DNA of 63,761 nt, the filler included. It is 14 parts of 14 records of this genome, joined end to end, with 100 filler letters (N's around TTAATTAATTAA, not from the genome) between each part and the next. Parts side by side here need not be neighbours in the genome. Positions count along the whole stretch, not along the records: positions 1 to 2,563 come from SRR11831580_1140; positions 2,664 to 9,497 come from SRR11831580_1149; positions 9,598 to 11,722 come from SRR11831580_1152; positions 11,823 to 18,661 come from SRR11831580_1154; 10 more parts are not named here. One strand, given 5' to 3'. The notes beneath the pieces are model-generated. The model was not told the origin of the DNA and made no database searches. It saw nothing but the letters and a program-made list of their open reading frames with translations. This document shows positions 1-11,846 of this stretch, piece by piece. The position numbers were made by a program, and so were the translations under genes. How positions within the stretch are numbered: the stretch's first letter is position 1; each line of letters begins with the position of its first letter.

Positions 1-1
1 C

Positions 2-589
2 TCATCCCTGCTCCTCCTGTGTCATCCGGTACTGGCGCAAGCGAACGCCTTCGTAATTTTCCATCGACAGACAGTCATAATTGAGACAGCGCGATTCATT
101 AGCCGGTTGCGGCACAATTCCCCACGCAGCAAGCTGCGCCAGCGCCGCCTGTTCCGCAGCGGGCAGTTGCTCCCGTGCCAGTTCGCTCAGGCTACCGCCG
201 TAGTCGTCGAGCATTGCGGGTTGCAGACCGACGAGGGCAATATGTGCTGGCAGATGTCCGCGGATATCCGCCAGCGCCAACACTTCGGAGAAACTGTTCT
301 GATGCAGGCTCATTTTCTTCGCGCTGAGATAAGCCGGAATGCGTTCTCCGGCATAGGTTCGCAGCGTTCCAGGTTCCAGCCCGTAGTCAATGGCATCGAG
401 AATCAACAGATGGCTGGCGCTTTCGACATACCCCAGCAAGTTCAGTCCCTGAGTACCGCCATCGACAATCTCCACATACTCGGGCCAGTGGTAATGGGCA
501 TACAGCCGTTCCGCCACCCGCACGCCGAAGCCTTCATCGGCCCACAGCAGGTTGCCCAGCCCCATGACCACCACGCGTTGCTCGCTCAT
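2..589 (-). CDS. hyaD: Hydrogenase-1 maturation endopeptidase
   Basis: [13 protein letters not shown] and VDGGT motifs; directly downstream of hyaC. Confidence 0.96.
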
Positions 590-1293
590 GAACGCTCCTT
601 GTTACTTATTTTGCCAAATTTGTGGCTACGGTAGCCGTTGACCATGGTGGAGATCACCGTGTCGTCGGACATGATGTCTTCACGCAGCGCCATGTAGACA
701 TGACCGATCACAAACGCGCCAATCAGCCACATCCCCAGCCGATGCCAGCTGTGAATGTCCATTGAGTTGCCACCCGTCCAGTAGAAAAATTCCACCACAT
801 AACGGAACGGCGCAAAAATAGCGTACTGGCTGTGTTCGCTGTACAGCGCAAAACCAGTGATGATCATAAAGACCGACATCAGGAAATAGCCGAACATCGC
901 CGCCTGGGCGATGGGATTATGGCCTATATCGGCACTCGGACGTTTTGCCAGAAACAGATACCAGCGGATTTCATACCACACGCCCTGCCACCAGCTTTTA
1001 CGCCATACCGGCACGATAAACAGCTCGCGGGAGTATCGATTGCCAACAAAAGCCCAGTAGATCCGCATCAGCAAAACCACGGTAAAAACCATCCCGGCGC
1101 TGAAGTGAATTAACCTGATGTAGCCCATATAGAACAGATACGTCGCCTCGCCGCTGACGGAAGGTAGCGGCTTGCCGATAAAGTATCCGGTGACCATCAA
1201 CACCGCCATGCATAACACCGTCAACCAGTGCCAGATGCGCACTGGCGCTTCAAAGACATAGTGGCTGACAACGTTGTCGCTTTTCTGTTGCAT
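586..1293 (-). CDS. hyaC: Hydrogenase-1 b-type cytochrome subunit
   Basis: Membrane protein with RIWHW, RLIHF and HRL heme histidines; hya gene order. Confidence 0.96.
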
Positions 1294-1311
1294 GATGATT
1301 CTCCTTCGCTG

Positions 1312-2563
1312 TTAACGCACCTGCACGGAGATCAGCTCGCTACCGTCGTCGCCCAGCACGTGTGTTGAACAGGCGAGGCACGGGTCAAAGCTGTGCAGAG
1401 TACGCAGGATCTCCAGCGGTTGCTCGGGGATCGCCATTTTGGTGTTCATCAGCGCCGCTTCATAAGCGCCAATCTGCCCTTTGGGATCGCGCGGGCTGGC
1501 GTTCCAGGTGGTCGGCACCACGCACTGGTAGAGATCAATCTTGCCATCGCGAATGGCGGCCCAGTGGCCTAACGCCCCGCGCGGCGCTTCGGTAAAACCG
1601 ACACCACGGCACTCTGTCGGCCAGGTTGCAGGTTCCCATTTTTCCGTGGAAGCAGTGGCGAGATTGCCGTTTTTCAGGTTGGTCATCAGCTTGTCGAAGA
1701 AATACTGCAACTTACCTGCGGCCCACTGCGCTTCGTGCGCGCGGCACAAAATGCGGCCTAACGTTGACTGGATACCGGAAAGCGGCAGGTTCAACGCCGA
1801 CATCATGCGATCGACCGACTCAACGGTCGCAGCATCGCCTTTGTGATAAGCGATTAACGTGCGCGCCAGCGGCCCCACTTCCATCGCGTTACCGCGCCAG
1901 CGTGGCGCTTTGATCCACGAGTAGCGTTCCTGTTCATTCAGCTGCTGAATGTTGGTATCGCTGCCTTTGACATCGCCGGGGTTGTACCACGGGTCGGTGA
2001 TGCCATCGAACGGATGACGCCCGACCTGATCGTTGGGATATCGATACCAGGCGTGGTCGACAAACTCCTGCACCTGCTGCGGATCAACCAAATCCACTGG
2101 CAGCACATTGTTGAAGTCGCCGTTAATCACCGCGCCGCCAGGCATCAGCAGACTTTTCTCGCCAAAGTCGTTGGCAATATCCGGGAATGCGCCGTAGCTG
2201 AGAACGCATTTATCAGAAAGACCAGTGCCGATTTCGCTCCACGGTTTGTTGAACTGACCGATGGCTAAGGCGTCGGGGATCATCACGTTGTTAATGAAGT
2301 CCGCCGTGCGGGTGATAATTGACTGCACCAGGTTCAGGCGTTCCATATTGACTGCCCCGACCGCGCCGCTTTCGTCAATGTTGATGGCGCAAGGCATCCC
2401 GCCGACAATCCAGTTTGGATGCGGGTTTTTACCGCCAAAGACCGCGTGGATTTTGACAATTTCACGCTGGAAATCGAGAGCTTCGAGATAGTGGGCAAAG
2501 CCCATCAGGTTAGCTTCTGGCGGCAGTTTGTACTGCGGGTGCCCCCAGTAGCCATTGCGGAAG
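1312..2563 (-). CDS. hyaB: Hydrogenase-1 large subunit, 5'-truncated by contig end
   Basis: C-terminal DPCLACSTH Ni-binding motif plus cleaved tail; frame runs into the spacer. Confidence 0.96.
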
Positions 2564-2663
2564 NNNNNNNNNNNNNNNNNNNNNNNNNNNNNNNNNNNNN
2601 NNNNNNNTTAATTAATTAANNNNNNNNNNNNNNNNNNNNNNNNNNNNNNNNNNNNNNNNNNNN
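2564..2663. other. Artificial 100-bp contig spacer (N44-TTAATTAATTAA-N44); identical copies at 9498-9597, 11723-11822, 18662-18761, 21947-22046, 25178-25277, 29279-29378, 32234-32333, 36412-36511, 47748-47847, 52272-52371, 59426-59525, 61587-61686
   Basis: Seen directly; the 12-mer gives stops in six frames; genes are cut at each spacer. Confidence 0.99.
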
Positions 2664-3536
2664 GGTGTTTAACATGGCCCGATTCTGATCATAGTCGAGA
2701 TCAAAGGCCGGACCGACGGCCTGTAAATTTTCCAGTCGAGCCTGAAGCATTGGACGCCCAAGCAGGAACATTTCTGAATCAGGTAATTCCTCGGCAGGTA
2801 CATCTGTCGCACTGCGCGAAATATTATGCTGCTCAGCAATTTTCAGCGCCTGCTCAATGCTGTTCATCCGGCGGTCGTAGATGGCTTTCGCCACCTCTTC
2901 CTGACGCTTCACCTGAGCTTTCATCTGGATGGTACGCGCCGCCCATGCGCCTTTCAGCTCATCATTCAGATGGCTGGCTGCACGCTGGCTGGCAAAAGCA
3001 ACATACTGACGTAACAGGTTATTAGCGTCAGGCGCGGTTTCGGCAATAAGCTTCACGCTGTCATTGACCGCGCGGGTAAAGTCTCCGGGGATAAACTGGA
3101 TGTTGTTAATCATTTCATCCAGCAACGCCGCATCGGCTTTGCTGTTGCCCACCATCCGCTGTTTGTAATAGTCGGTTTGCAGCCAGAACTCTCTGCGGGT
3201 ATCCCACGAGGCCAGTTGCATAACAAACTCTTTATAGGCTTCGTCCATGACCGATGGTTGGTCGGCAGAAGCCATGTTTGAACGGACATCCAGGTTACGC
3301 AAAAATTGCTGCTGCGAGTAATATCCCCCCAGCATATTCACCGTTGGACGATCGGTAATCGCCGTCGAGCTCCACTCCTGACGAGCAAAAAACGTATACG
3401 CCAGCGCGATTAACGCAAACGCCAGCCCCATGCCAATAATCCATAGCTTCCCAGCCCACAAGGTACGAAACAACCCACGAATATCCAGTTCATTTTCAGC
3501 GTCTTCGGCCGGTTTCCCAGGCATTGGTTGTGTCAT
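2664..3536 (-). CDS. wzzE: ECA polysaccharide chain-length regulator, 3'-truncated
   Basis: MTQPMPGK...ELDIRGLFRTLW Wzz N-terminus; follows wecA. Confidence 0.95.
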
Positions 3537-3547
3537 CACATCCTCAT

Positions 3548-4651
3548 TTATTTGGTTAAATTGGGGCTGCCACCACGATTTCTACGCAGTCTGCGTTTTA
3601 CGCGCTTAATAAAGCGAGCAACTTTCCAGGCACGCTTAATGCAATATCCATAGAGGAAGAATGCTAGCAAAAAGAGCACCAGCATGACCCACTCCGGGAC
3701 AAAATGAGAATATTCTGCCAGCACGCCAATGGAAGCGAGCAGTGCTGCGGCAAGGGTAATCAGCACAAACGCCTGACGGGAAGTAAACCCGGCACGCATG
3801 ATCAAATGGTGAATATGCTGACGGTCAGGAGAGAATGGGCTCATGCCTTTACGCAGGCGACGGTACATAATCGCCACCATATCCATTAGCGGAATGGCGA
3901 TTATCCACAAAGCGGTAACCGGGCTGATGGGATGGGTTTTGCCCTGGGTCGTTTCGAGCAGGATCCAGATAACGGTAAAACCAATCAGCGTACTGCCCGC
4001 ATCACCCATAAAGACTTTGTAGCGGCGACCCAGGATACCAAGGTTAAGCATGATGTATGGCAGGATGGCGGCGATCATCGCAAAGCACCAGATTGCGAGG
4101 CTGGTTTGCCCGTCGAACCACAAAATCATACCGATTGCTGCAAACGAGACGCAGGACAACCCGCCCAGCAAGCCATCAATGCCATCAACCATGTTGAACG
4201 CATTAATGGCCGCCCAGACGGCAAATAGCGTCAGGAAGTAACCAAACGGTCCGAGCACCATCTCCCAGGAGCCAAAGATATAACCCAGGCTACTGAGATA
4301 AAGCTTGCCGAACACCATCATAACAATGCCAACAGCGGCCTGTATGGTGGCACGGATTTTTACGCTGATATCAAAACGGTCATCCAGCGCGCCAATGAAA
4401 ACAAGCACACCGGCACAAGCGAGATAGAGAGATGCATGCGGAATATAGTAATCGACAATTCCGAACGTGAAGCAAATCCCTGCGTAAACCGAAATCCCCC
4501 CAACGAGAGGTATCAATCCCTGGTGACGTTTGCGGAAGTTTGGTTTATCCACTAAACCGACTTTTTTTGCCACCTTACGGGCAAAAAACAGAAACAGTGT
4601 CGTGAATAAAAAAATACTGATGAGATCAGTACTCACTGTCAGTAAATTCAC
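3548..4651 (-). CDS. wecA: UDP-GlcNAc:undecaprenyl-phosphate GlcNAc-1-phosphate transferase
   Basis: DDRFD, NMVDGIDGL, VFMGDAGS and HIHH motifs; 367 aa. Confidence 0.97.
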   Translation of the reverse strand: MNLLTVSTDLISIFLFTTLFLFFARKVAKKVGLVDKPNFRKRHQGLIPLVGGISVYAGICFTFGIVDYYIPHASLYLACAGVLVFIGALDDRFDISVKIRATIQAAVGIVMMVFGKLYLSSLGYIFGSWEMVLGPFGYFLTLFAVWAAINAFNMVDGIDGLLGGLSCVSFAAIGMILWFDGQTSLAIWCFAMIAAILPYIMLNLGILGRRYKVFMGDAGSTLIGFTVIWILLETTQGKTHPISPVTALWIIAIPLMDMVAIMYRRLRKGMSPFSPDRQHIHHLIMRAGFTSRQAFVLITLAAALLASIGVLAEYSHFVPEWVMLVLFLLAFFLYGYCIKRAWKVARFIKRVKRRLRRNRGGSPNLTK

Positions 4652-4847
4652 AATGCATGCTCTCAGAGAAAATTATTAGCAGAAGTATAACCACGAAGAC
4701 CTTTATTCAGAAGGGAAAGTCCGTTCCAAACCCACCAGTCCTGTGCAAAAATTAACCATTTGATATGCAAATTGCATAACATGCCAGCAAATTCCAGGAA
4801 TTTTCCTAACATCGCCAGCGCGGCATTAAGATTACAGATATAAAAGC

Positions 4848-4876
4848 AAAACGCCACGTAAACACGTGGCGTTTTT
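4848..4876 (-). terminator. Intrinsic terminator downstream of rho
   Basis: Hairpin AAAACGCCACGT-aaac-ACGTGGCGTTTT. Confidence 0.8.
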
Positions 4877-4890
4877 GGCATAAGACAAAT

Positions 4891-6150
4891 TTATGAGCGT
4901 TTCATCATTTCGAAGAAATCGTCATTGGTCTTGGTCATTGCCAGTTTATTAATGAGGAATTCCATTGCATCGATTTCGCCCATCGGGTGAATGATTTTGC
5001 GCAGGATCCACATTTTCTGCAGTTCTTCCTGAGTCGTGAGCAGCTCTTCTTTACGGGTACCAGAACGGTTGTAGTCGATAGCCGGGAAGACGCGTTTTTC
5101 AGCGATCTTACGAGAGAGGTGCAGTTCCATGTTGCCTGTACCTTTAAACTCTTCGTAGATAACTTCGTCCATTTTAGAACCGGTATCGATAAGCGCCGTC
5201 GCGATAATGGTCAGGCTGCCGCCCTCTTCCACGTTACGCGCCGCACCAAAGAAGCGTTTCGGACGATGCAGGGCGTTGGCATCCACACCACCGGTCAACA
5301 CTTTACCTGACGCCGGAACAACGGTGTTGTAAGCGCGCGCCAGACGAGTGATGGAGTCGAGCAGAATGATAACGTCTTTCTTGTGCTCAACCAGGCGTTT
5401 GGCCTTCTCGATCACCATTTCCGCAACCTGAACGTGGCGAGATGCGGGTTCGTCAAAGGTAGAAGCAACAACTTCACCTTTTACCAGACGCTGCATCTCG
5501 GTTACTTCTTCCGGACGTTCGTCGATCAGCAGAACCATCAGCACACAATCCGGGTGGTTGTAAGCAATGCTCTGAGCAATGTTCTGCAGCAGCATGGTTT
5601 TACCGGCTTTCGGCGGTGCCACAATCAGACCACGCTGACCACGACCGATAGGTGATGCCAGATCCAGTACGCGAGCAGTTAAATCTTCAGTAGAACCGTT
5701 ACCACGTTCCATACGCAGACGAGAGTTTGCGTGCAGCGGGGTTAAGTTCTCAAAGAGGATTTTGTTGCGGGCGTTTTCAGGTTTGTCGAAGTTAACTTCG
5801 TTAACTTTCAGCAGCGCAAAATAGCGTTCACCTTCTTTCGGCGGGCGAATCTTACCAGAGATGGTATCACCAGTGCGGAGGTTGAAACGGCGGATTTGGC
5901 TAGGGGAAACGTAGATGTCATCAGGACCGGCGAGGTAGGAGCTGTCTGCGGAACGGAGGAAACCAAATCCATCCTGCAATATCTCCAGTACGCCATCACC
6001 AAAGATATCTTCGCCACTCTTTGCGTGCTGCTTCAGGATGGCAAAAATAATGTCCTGCTTACGCATACGAGCCAGGTTTTCCAGCCCCATATTTTCGCCG
6101 AGAGTGATCAGCTCAGAAACCGGCGTATTCTTTAATTCGGTAAGATTCAT
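4891..6150 (-). CDS. rho: Transcription termination factor Rho (419 aa)
   Basis: MNLTELKN start; DGFGFLR RNP motif; APPKAGKT P-loop. Confidence 0.99.
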
Positions 6151-6234
6151 AGTGGTGTGAGTTCTTAAACTTGGGGTAAATCTCGAACTTAATGTTGTGA
6201 ATGGTATGGCAGGATCATCCATGCCTGTTTACGG

Positions 6235-6336
6235 TCATCGACTCATGTCTTTTCGCTGCCTGGTCACAGGAGAGTACGCAGAACTGAAACGACAAGACGG
6301 ATTGAGTGACGAGCCAGAAATCTGTTCACTTCGCAT
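6235..6336 (-). CDS. rhoL: rho operon leader peptide (33 aa, MRSEQISGSS...)
   Basis: Translated by hand, ATG at 6336 and TGA at 6235; lies between trxA and rho. Confidence 0.8.
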   Translation of the reverse strand: MRSEQISGSSLNPSCRFSSAYSPVTRQRKDMSR

Positions 6337-6476
6337 TTAAGATAAAACGGGAAGCGTTGGAAATTACAAGATTCAAACTTAATAAGGTATGTTTAATACG
6401 AAGTCAACACTAAGTTAGCATGACTCACGCCGGGCGTCCAGTTTTTAGCGACGGGGCACCCGAACATGAAATTCCC

Positions 6477-6806
6477 TTACGCCAGGTTAGCGTCGAGGAA
6501 CTCTTTCAACTGACCTTTAGACAGTGCACCCACTTTGGTTGCCGCCACTTCACCGTTTTTGAACAGCAGCAGAGTCGGGATACCACGGATGCCATATTTC
6601 GGCGCAGTGCCAGGGTTTTGATCGATGTTCAGTTTTGCAACGGTCAGTTTGCCCTGATATTCGTCAGCGATTTCATCCAGAATCGGGGCGATCATTTTGC
6701 ACGGACCGCACCACTCTGCCCAGAAATCGACGAGGATCGCCCCGTCCGCTTTGAGTACATCCGTGTCAAAACTGTCGTCAGTCAGGTGAATAATTTTATC
6801 GCTCAT
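6477..6806 (-). CDS. trxA: Thioredoxin 1 (109 aa)
   Basis: MSDKIIHL start; WCGPC active site. Confidence 0.99.
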
Positions 6807-6936
6807 ATATAACTCCACAGGAATAAGCCTGGCGTGTTGGTTTCGTTGTTGGTGTAACATTAACCAACTAAAGGTTGACTTTATTTCACCGGATACGCTT
6901 TCGTAAAGCAATAGTAAGCTGATATTCTACCACACT

Positions 6937-8202
6937 ATGAGCAAAACACATTTAACAGAACAGAAGTTTTCCGACTTCGCCCTGCATCCGAAGGTTGTAG
7001 AAGCCCTTGAAAAAAAAGGGTTTCATAACTGTACGCCCATTCAGGCACTGGCCCTTCCGCTGACGCTGGCGGGTCGTGACGTAGCCGGGCAGGCGCAAAC
7101 CGGTACCGGGAAAACGATGGCGTTTCTTACGTCAACGTTTCATTATCTTCTCTCTCATCCTGCGATTGCCGATCGCAAGGTGAATCAGCCGCGTGCCTTA
7201 ATTATGGCACCGACGCGTGAACTTGCCGTGCAGATCCATGCCGACGCAGAACCGCTGGCGGAAGCTACTGGCCTGAAGCTGGGTCTGGCTTACGGTGGTG
7301 ATGGCTACGACAAACAGCTGAAAGTGCTGGAAAGCGGCGTTGACATTCTGATTGGCACCACGGGGCGTTTAATTGACTACGCCAAGCAGAACCACATTAA
7401 CCTCGGTGCCATTCAGGTGGTGGTACTGGACGAAGCCGATCGCATGTACGATCTGGGCTTTATTAAAGATATCCGCTGGCTGTTCCGCCGTATGCCGCCT
7501 GCAAACCAGCGCCTCAACATGCTGTTCTCCGCCACGCTTTCGTACCGGGTACGTGAACTGGCGTTCGAGCAGATGAACAATGCCGAATATATTGAAGTGG
7601 AACCGGAACAGAAAACGGGCCACCGTATTAAAGAAGAGCTTTTCTACCCTTCTAACGAAGAAAAAATGCGTTTGCTGCAAACGCTGATCGAAGAAGAGTG
7701 GCCAGACAGAGCGATTATTTTCGCCAACACCAAACACCGTTGTGAAGAGATCTGGGGCCACCTGGCAGCAGATGGTCATCGTGTCGGTTTATTGACAGGC
7801 GATGTCGCGCAGAAAAAACGTCTGCGTATTCTTGATGAATTTACCCGTGGCGATCTGGATATTCTGGTTGCCACCGACGTTGCCGCGCGTGGTTTGCATA
7901 TTCCGGCAGTGACGCACGTCTTTAACTACGATTTACCCGATGACTGTGAAGATTACGTTCACCGTATTGGTCGTACAGGTCGCGCAGGCGCAAGCGGTCA
8001 CTCTATCAGCCTGGCGTGTGAAGAGTATGCATTGAATTTGCCTGCTATTGAGACCTATATTGGTCACTCAATTCCGGTAAGCAAATACAATCCGGACGCA
8101 TTGATGACCGATCTGCCAAAACCGCTGCGCCTCACGCGCCCGCGCACAGGCAATGGTCCGCGTCGTACTGGCGCTCCGCGTAATCGTCGTCGTTCAGGTT
8201 AA
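6937..8202 (+). CDS. rhlB: DEAD-box RNA helicase RhlB
   Basis: [15 protein letters not shown] and HRIGR motifs; divergent from trxA. Confidence 0.98.
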
Positions 8203-8337
8203 ATAAAAAATGTCATACTCAAAATCATTCAAACTGTATCAAGATGGCAAGAGAATGAATCCCGATGAGCTTACTGTAGTAAGTGATTCAGGTGAAAGAA
8301 TGCAGCCAACACAGAGACAGATTGAAGGATGAAGAGT

Positions 8338-9497
8338 ATGGGTTCCACCTCGTCGCTGTATGCAGCCATTGATCTCGGTTCGAATAGTTTTCATATGCTG
8401 GTTGTGCGCGAGGTGGCTGGAAGCATCCAGACGCTGACGCGAATAAAACGCAAAGTGCGTCTGGCTGCTGGCCTGAATAGCGAAAATGCCCTCTCCAATG
8501 AAGCAATGGAGCGCGGTTGGCAATGTTTGCGCCTGTTTGCTGAACGTCTGCAAGATATTCCTCCCTCGCAAATTCGCGTTGTCGCTACGGCGACGTTACG
8601 CCTTGCCGTCAATGCGGGTGATTTTATTGCCAAAGCGCAGGAAATTCTCGGTTGTCCGGTACAGGTGATCAGCGGTGAAGAGGAAGCACGTCTGATTTAT
8701 CAGGGCGTTGCTCACACCACTGGTGGTGCCGATCAGCGCCTGGTGGTGGATATAGGCGGAGCCAGTACTGAACTGGTAACCGGCACGGGTGCACAAACCA
8801 CCTCGTTGTTCAGCCTGTCGATGGGCTGCGTCACCTGGCTGGAACGCTATTTTGCCGATCGTAATCTGGGGCAGGAAAATTTTGATGCTGCAGAAAAAGC
8901 GGCACGCGAAGTGTTACGTCCGGTTGCCGATGAATTACGGTATCACGGCTGGAAAGTGTGCGTTGGTGCTTCCGGCACCGTGCAGGCGTTACAGGAAATC
9001 ATGATGGCACAGGGGATGGATGAACGCATTACCCTGGAAAAGTTGCAGCAATTGAAACAGCGAGCCATTCATTGCGGTCGGCTGGAGGAACTGGAGATTG
9101 ACGGGCTGACGCTGGAACGTGCGTTAGTGTTCCCGAGTGGTCTGGCGATCCTGATCGCCATTTTTACCGAACTGAATATTCAGTGTATGACCCTGGCGGG
9201 CGGTGCGCTGCGTGAAGGCCTGGTCTACGGCATGTTGCATCTGGCCGTCGAGCAGGATATTCGCAGCCGTACGCTGCGTAATATTCAACGCCGCTTTATG
9301 ATCGATATTGATCAGGCACAGCGCGTAGCCAAAGTTGCGGCTAACTTCTTCGATCAGGTGGAAAACGAATGGCATCTTGAAGCAATAAGCCGCGATTTGC
9401 TCATCAGCGCCTGTCAGCTTCATGAAATCGGCCTGAGCGTTGACTTCAAACAAGCGCCGCAACACGCTGCTTATCTGGTGCGTAATCTGGATCTTCC
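8338..9497 (+). CDS. gppA: pppGpp pyrophosphatase, 3'-truncated
   Basis: IDLGSNSFH and DIGGASTE Ppx/GppA motifs; follows rhlB. Confidence 0.96.
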
Positions 9498-9597
9498 NNN
9501 NNNNNNNNNNNNNNNNNNNNNNNNNNNNNNNNNNNNNNNNNTTAATTAATTAANNNNNNNNNNNNNNNNNNNNNNNNNNNNNNNNNNNNNNNNNNNN

Positions 9598-9626
9598 AGA
9601 TAGAACATCTTACCTCTGTACCCTAC
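9598..9626 (-). ncRNA. spf: Spot 42 sRNA, 5' 29 nt only
   Basis: Minus strand reads GTAGGGTACAGAGGTAAGATGTTCTATCT, the Spot 42 5' end as recalled; downstream of polA; TAAAGT -10 at 9634-9639. Confidence 0.9.
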
Positions 9627-9772
9627 GCGACTAACTTTACTCTTTTTTGTTCAGTTCAGAAAGCACTTTTTGTAATTTTTTTTCAGTTGTTGCATAGGAA
9701 TTTCTAATAGCCATCACAAAACGTGACAGCTTATGTTGCTTACTTACGAAAAAAGGCATGTTCAGGCGAATC

Positions 9773-11722
9773 TTAGTGCGCCTGATCCCAGTTTTCGCCA
9801 CTCCCCACTTCCACCAGCAACGGCACATCCAGACGGGTACAGTTTTCCATCAGTTGATGAATCTGCTTCGCGACGGCATCAACATCATCTTTATGAACTT
9901 CAAATACCAGTTCATCGTGTACCTGCATGATCATACGTACACGCGGTTGCTCAGCCTGTAACCACGCATCAACGGCAATCATCGCCCGTTTGATAATGTC
10001 GGCGGCGGTTCCCTGCATTGGCGCGTTAATGGCTGCACGTTCAGCCGCTGCACGACGAGCACCATTGCTGGATTTGATATCCGGCAGATACAGACGGCGT
10101 CCGTCCAGCGTTTCAACGTAGCCCTGCTCTTTCGCCTGAGCACGGGTGCGTTCCATATACTCCAGCACGCCAGGGTAGCGTTCGAAGTAAAGGTCCATGT
10201 ACTTCTGCGCTTCTTTACGTGGAATGTTCAATTGCCGCGCCAGACCGAAAGCACTCATGCCATAAATCAGACCAAAGTTGATCGCTTTCGCGCTACGGCG
10301 TTGCTCGCTGGTGACGGTTTCCAGTGGCAAACCAAACACTTCTGCCGCCGTTGCCCGGTGGATATCTTTTCCTTCCGCGAATGCGGTCAGCAAGCCTTTG
10401 TCACGCGAAAGATGCGCCATAATGCGCAGTTCAATCTGCGAGTAGTCCGCTGAGACAATCACATAATCCTCTGGCGCAATAAACGCCTGGCGGATACGAC
10501 GACCTTCTTCGTTACGCACCGGAATGTTTTGCAGGTTAGGATCGGTTGACGATAAACGTCCCGTTGCAGTTACTGCCTGGTGATAAGAGGTATGCACACG
10601 CCCGGTTTTCGGGTTGATCATCAGCGGCAGCTTGTCGGTGTAGGTCGATTTCAGCTTCGCCAGACCACGATACTCCAGAATCACTTTTGGCAACGGATAG
10701 TCCAGCGCCAGTTCTTCCAGTACCTCTTCCGACGTTGACGGCGCGCCACCCGGCGTTTTCTTCAGCGGTTTAATGCCCTGTTTTTCAAAGAGAATGGTTT
10801 GTAACTGCTTGGTGGAAGAAAGGTTAAATTCCTCACCTGCAATTTCATGCGCTTTCTTTTCCAGCTCAGCCAGACGAAGGGTGAGCTCTTCAGAATGATT
10901 GTGCAGCACTTTCGGATCGATCTTCACACCGTTACGTTCAATGCGTGAAAGCACCGGCACCAGCGGCATTTCGATATTCTCGAAGACGTTCAACGGCCCT
11001 TTGTGTTTTTGCAGATCCGGCCACATTTTCAGATGCAACTGCAAGGTGACATCTGCATCTTCGGCGGCGTAACGTCCGGCTTCTTCGAGGGCAATCTGGT
11101 TAAAGGTCAGTTGATTTTTGCCTTTACCAGCAATCTCTTCAAAAGTGATGGTTTTGTGCTTCAACCAACGTTCCGCGAGGCTGTCCATATCGTGACGCCC
11201 GGCAACGCTATTGAGAATGTAGGACTCCAGCATGGTATCAAACGCAATCCCACGCAGTTCAATGCCGTAGTTCGCCAGAATACCGCGATCGTATTTCAGG
11301 TTTTGCCCGACCTTCAGCGCCTTTTCATCTTCCAGCAGCGGTTTTAGCAACTCGAGTGCACGCTCGCGAGAGATTTGATCGGGCGCATCAAGATAATCAT
11401 GAGCAACCGGAATATATGCCGCTACGCCTGGCTCGATAGCAAAAGAAAGCCCGACCAGGTTAGCAGAGATGTTATCAAGGCTGTCGGTTTCGGTATCAAA
11501 TGCAAATACCGGCGCTTTTTCCAGCTTCGCAATCCACGCTTTCAGTGTTTCTTCATCAAGGATGGTGACGTAGTTGTCATAAGAAATCACCGTTGCCGTC
11601 ACTTCTGGTGCTTCGTCTGCAACACTGGTTTCCTGTGGCTTCGCGGCTGGTTTTGCCCCTTTGGCCTGTAACCATTTGCCCGCTTCGACATCAGCAGTCC
11701 AGCGTTTGAACTCATACTTTTT
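9773..11722 (-). CDS. polA: DNA polymerase I (Klenow portion), 5'-truncated
   Basis: FDTET exo motif, [22 protein letters not shown]; ends NWDQAH. Confidence 0.98.
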   Translation of the reverse strand, partial: KKYEFKRWTADVEAGKWLQAKGAKPAAKPQETSVADEAPEVTATVISYDNYVTILDEETLKAWIAKLEKAPVFAFDTETDSLDNISANLVGLSFAIEPGVAAYIPVAHDYLDAPDQISRERALELLKPLLEDEKALKVGQNLKYDRGILANYGIELRGIAFDTMLESYILNSVAGRHDMDSLAERWLKHKTITFEEIAGKGKNQLTFNQIALEEAGRYAAEDADVTLQLHLKMWPDLQKHKGPLNVFENIEMPLVPVLSRIERNGVKIDPKVLHNHSEELTLRLAELEKKAHEIAGEEFNLSSTKQLQTILFEKQGIKPLKKTPGGAPSTSEEVLEELALDYPLPKVILEYRGLAKLKSTYTDKLPLMINPKTGRVHTSYHQAVTATGRLSSTDPNLQNIPVRNEEGRRIRQAFIAPEDYVIVSADYSQIELRIMAHLSRDKGLLTAFAEGKDIHRATAAEVFGLPLETVTSEQRRSAKAINFGLIYGMSAFGLARQLNIPRKEAQKYMDLYFERYPGVLEYMERTRAQAKEQGYVETLDGRRLYLPDIKSSNGARRAAAERAAINAPMQGTAADIIKRAMIAVDAWLQAEQPRVRMIMQVHDELVFEVHKDDVDAVAKQIHQLMENCTRLDVPLLVEVGSGENWDQAH

Positions 11723-11822
11723 NNNNNNNNNNNNNNNNNNNNNNNNNNNNNNNNNNNNNNNNNNNNTTAATTAATTAANNNNNNNNNNNNNNNNNNNNNN
11801 NNNNNNNNNNNNNNNNNNNNNN

Positions 11823-11846
11823 CTGTGTGCCTTGCCTCCCACGACT
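11823..11846 (+). other. Untrimmed 454 Rapid Library adaptor-B remnant
   Basis: CTGTGTGCCTTGCCTCCCACGACT at contig start, where DnaE ...ATNDVRF coding sequence is expected. Confidence 0.88.

Noticed and set aside
2608..2619. Recurrent palindrome TTAATTAATTAA as a biological repeat or CRISPR-like array
   Set aside because: Always centred in exactly 44+44 Ns; an assembly spacer with six-frame stops
4663..4881. 72-aa ORF between rho and wecA
   Set aside because: Spans the rho terminator and the wecA promoter region; no recognisable homology
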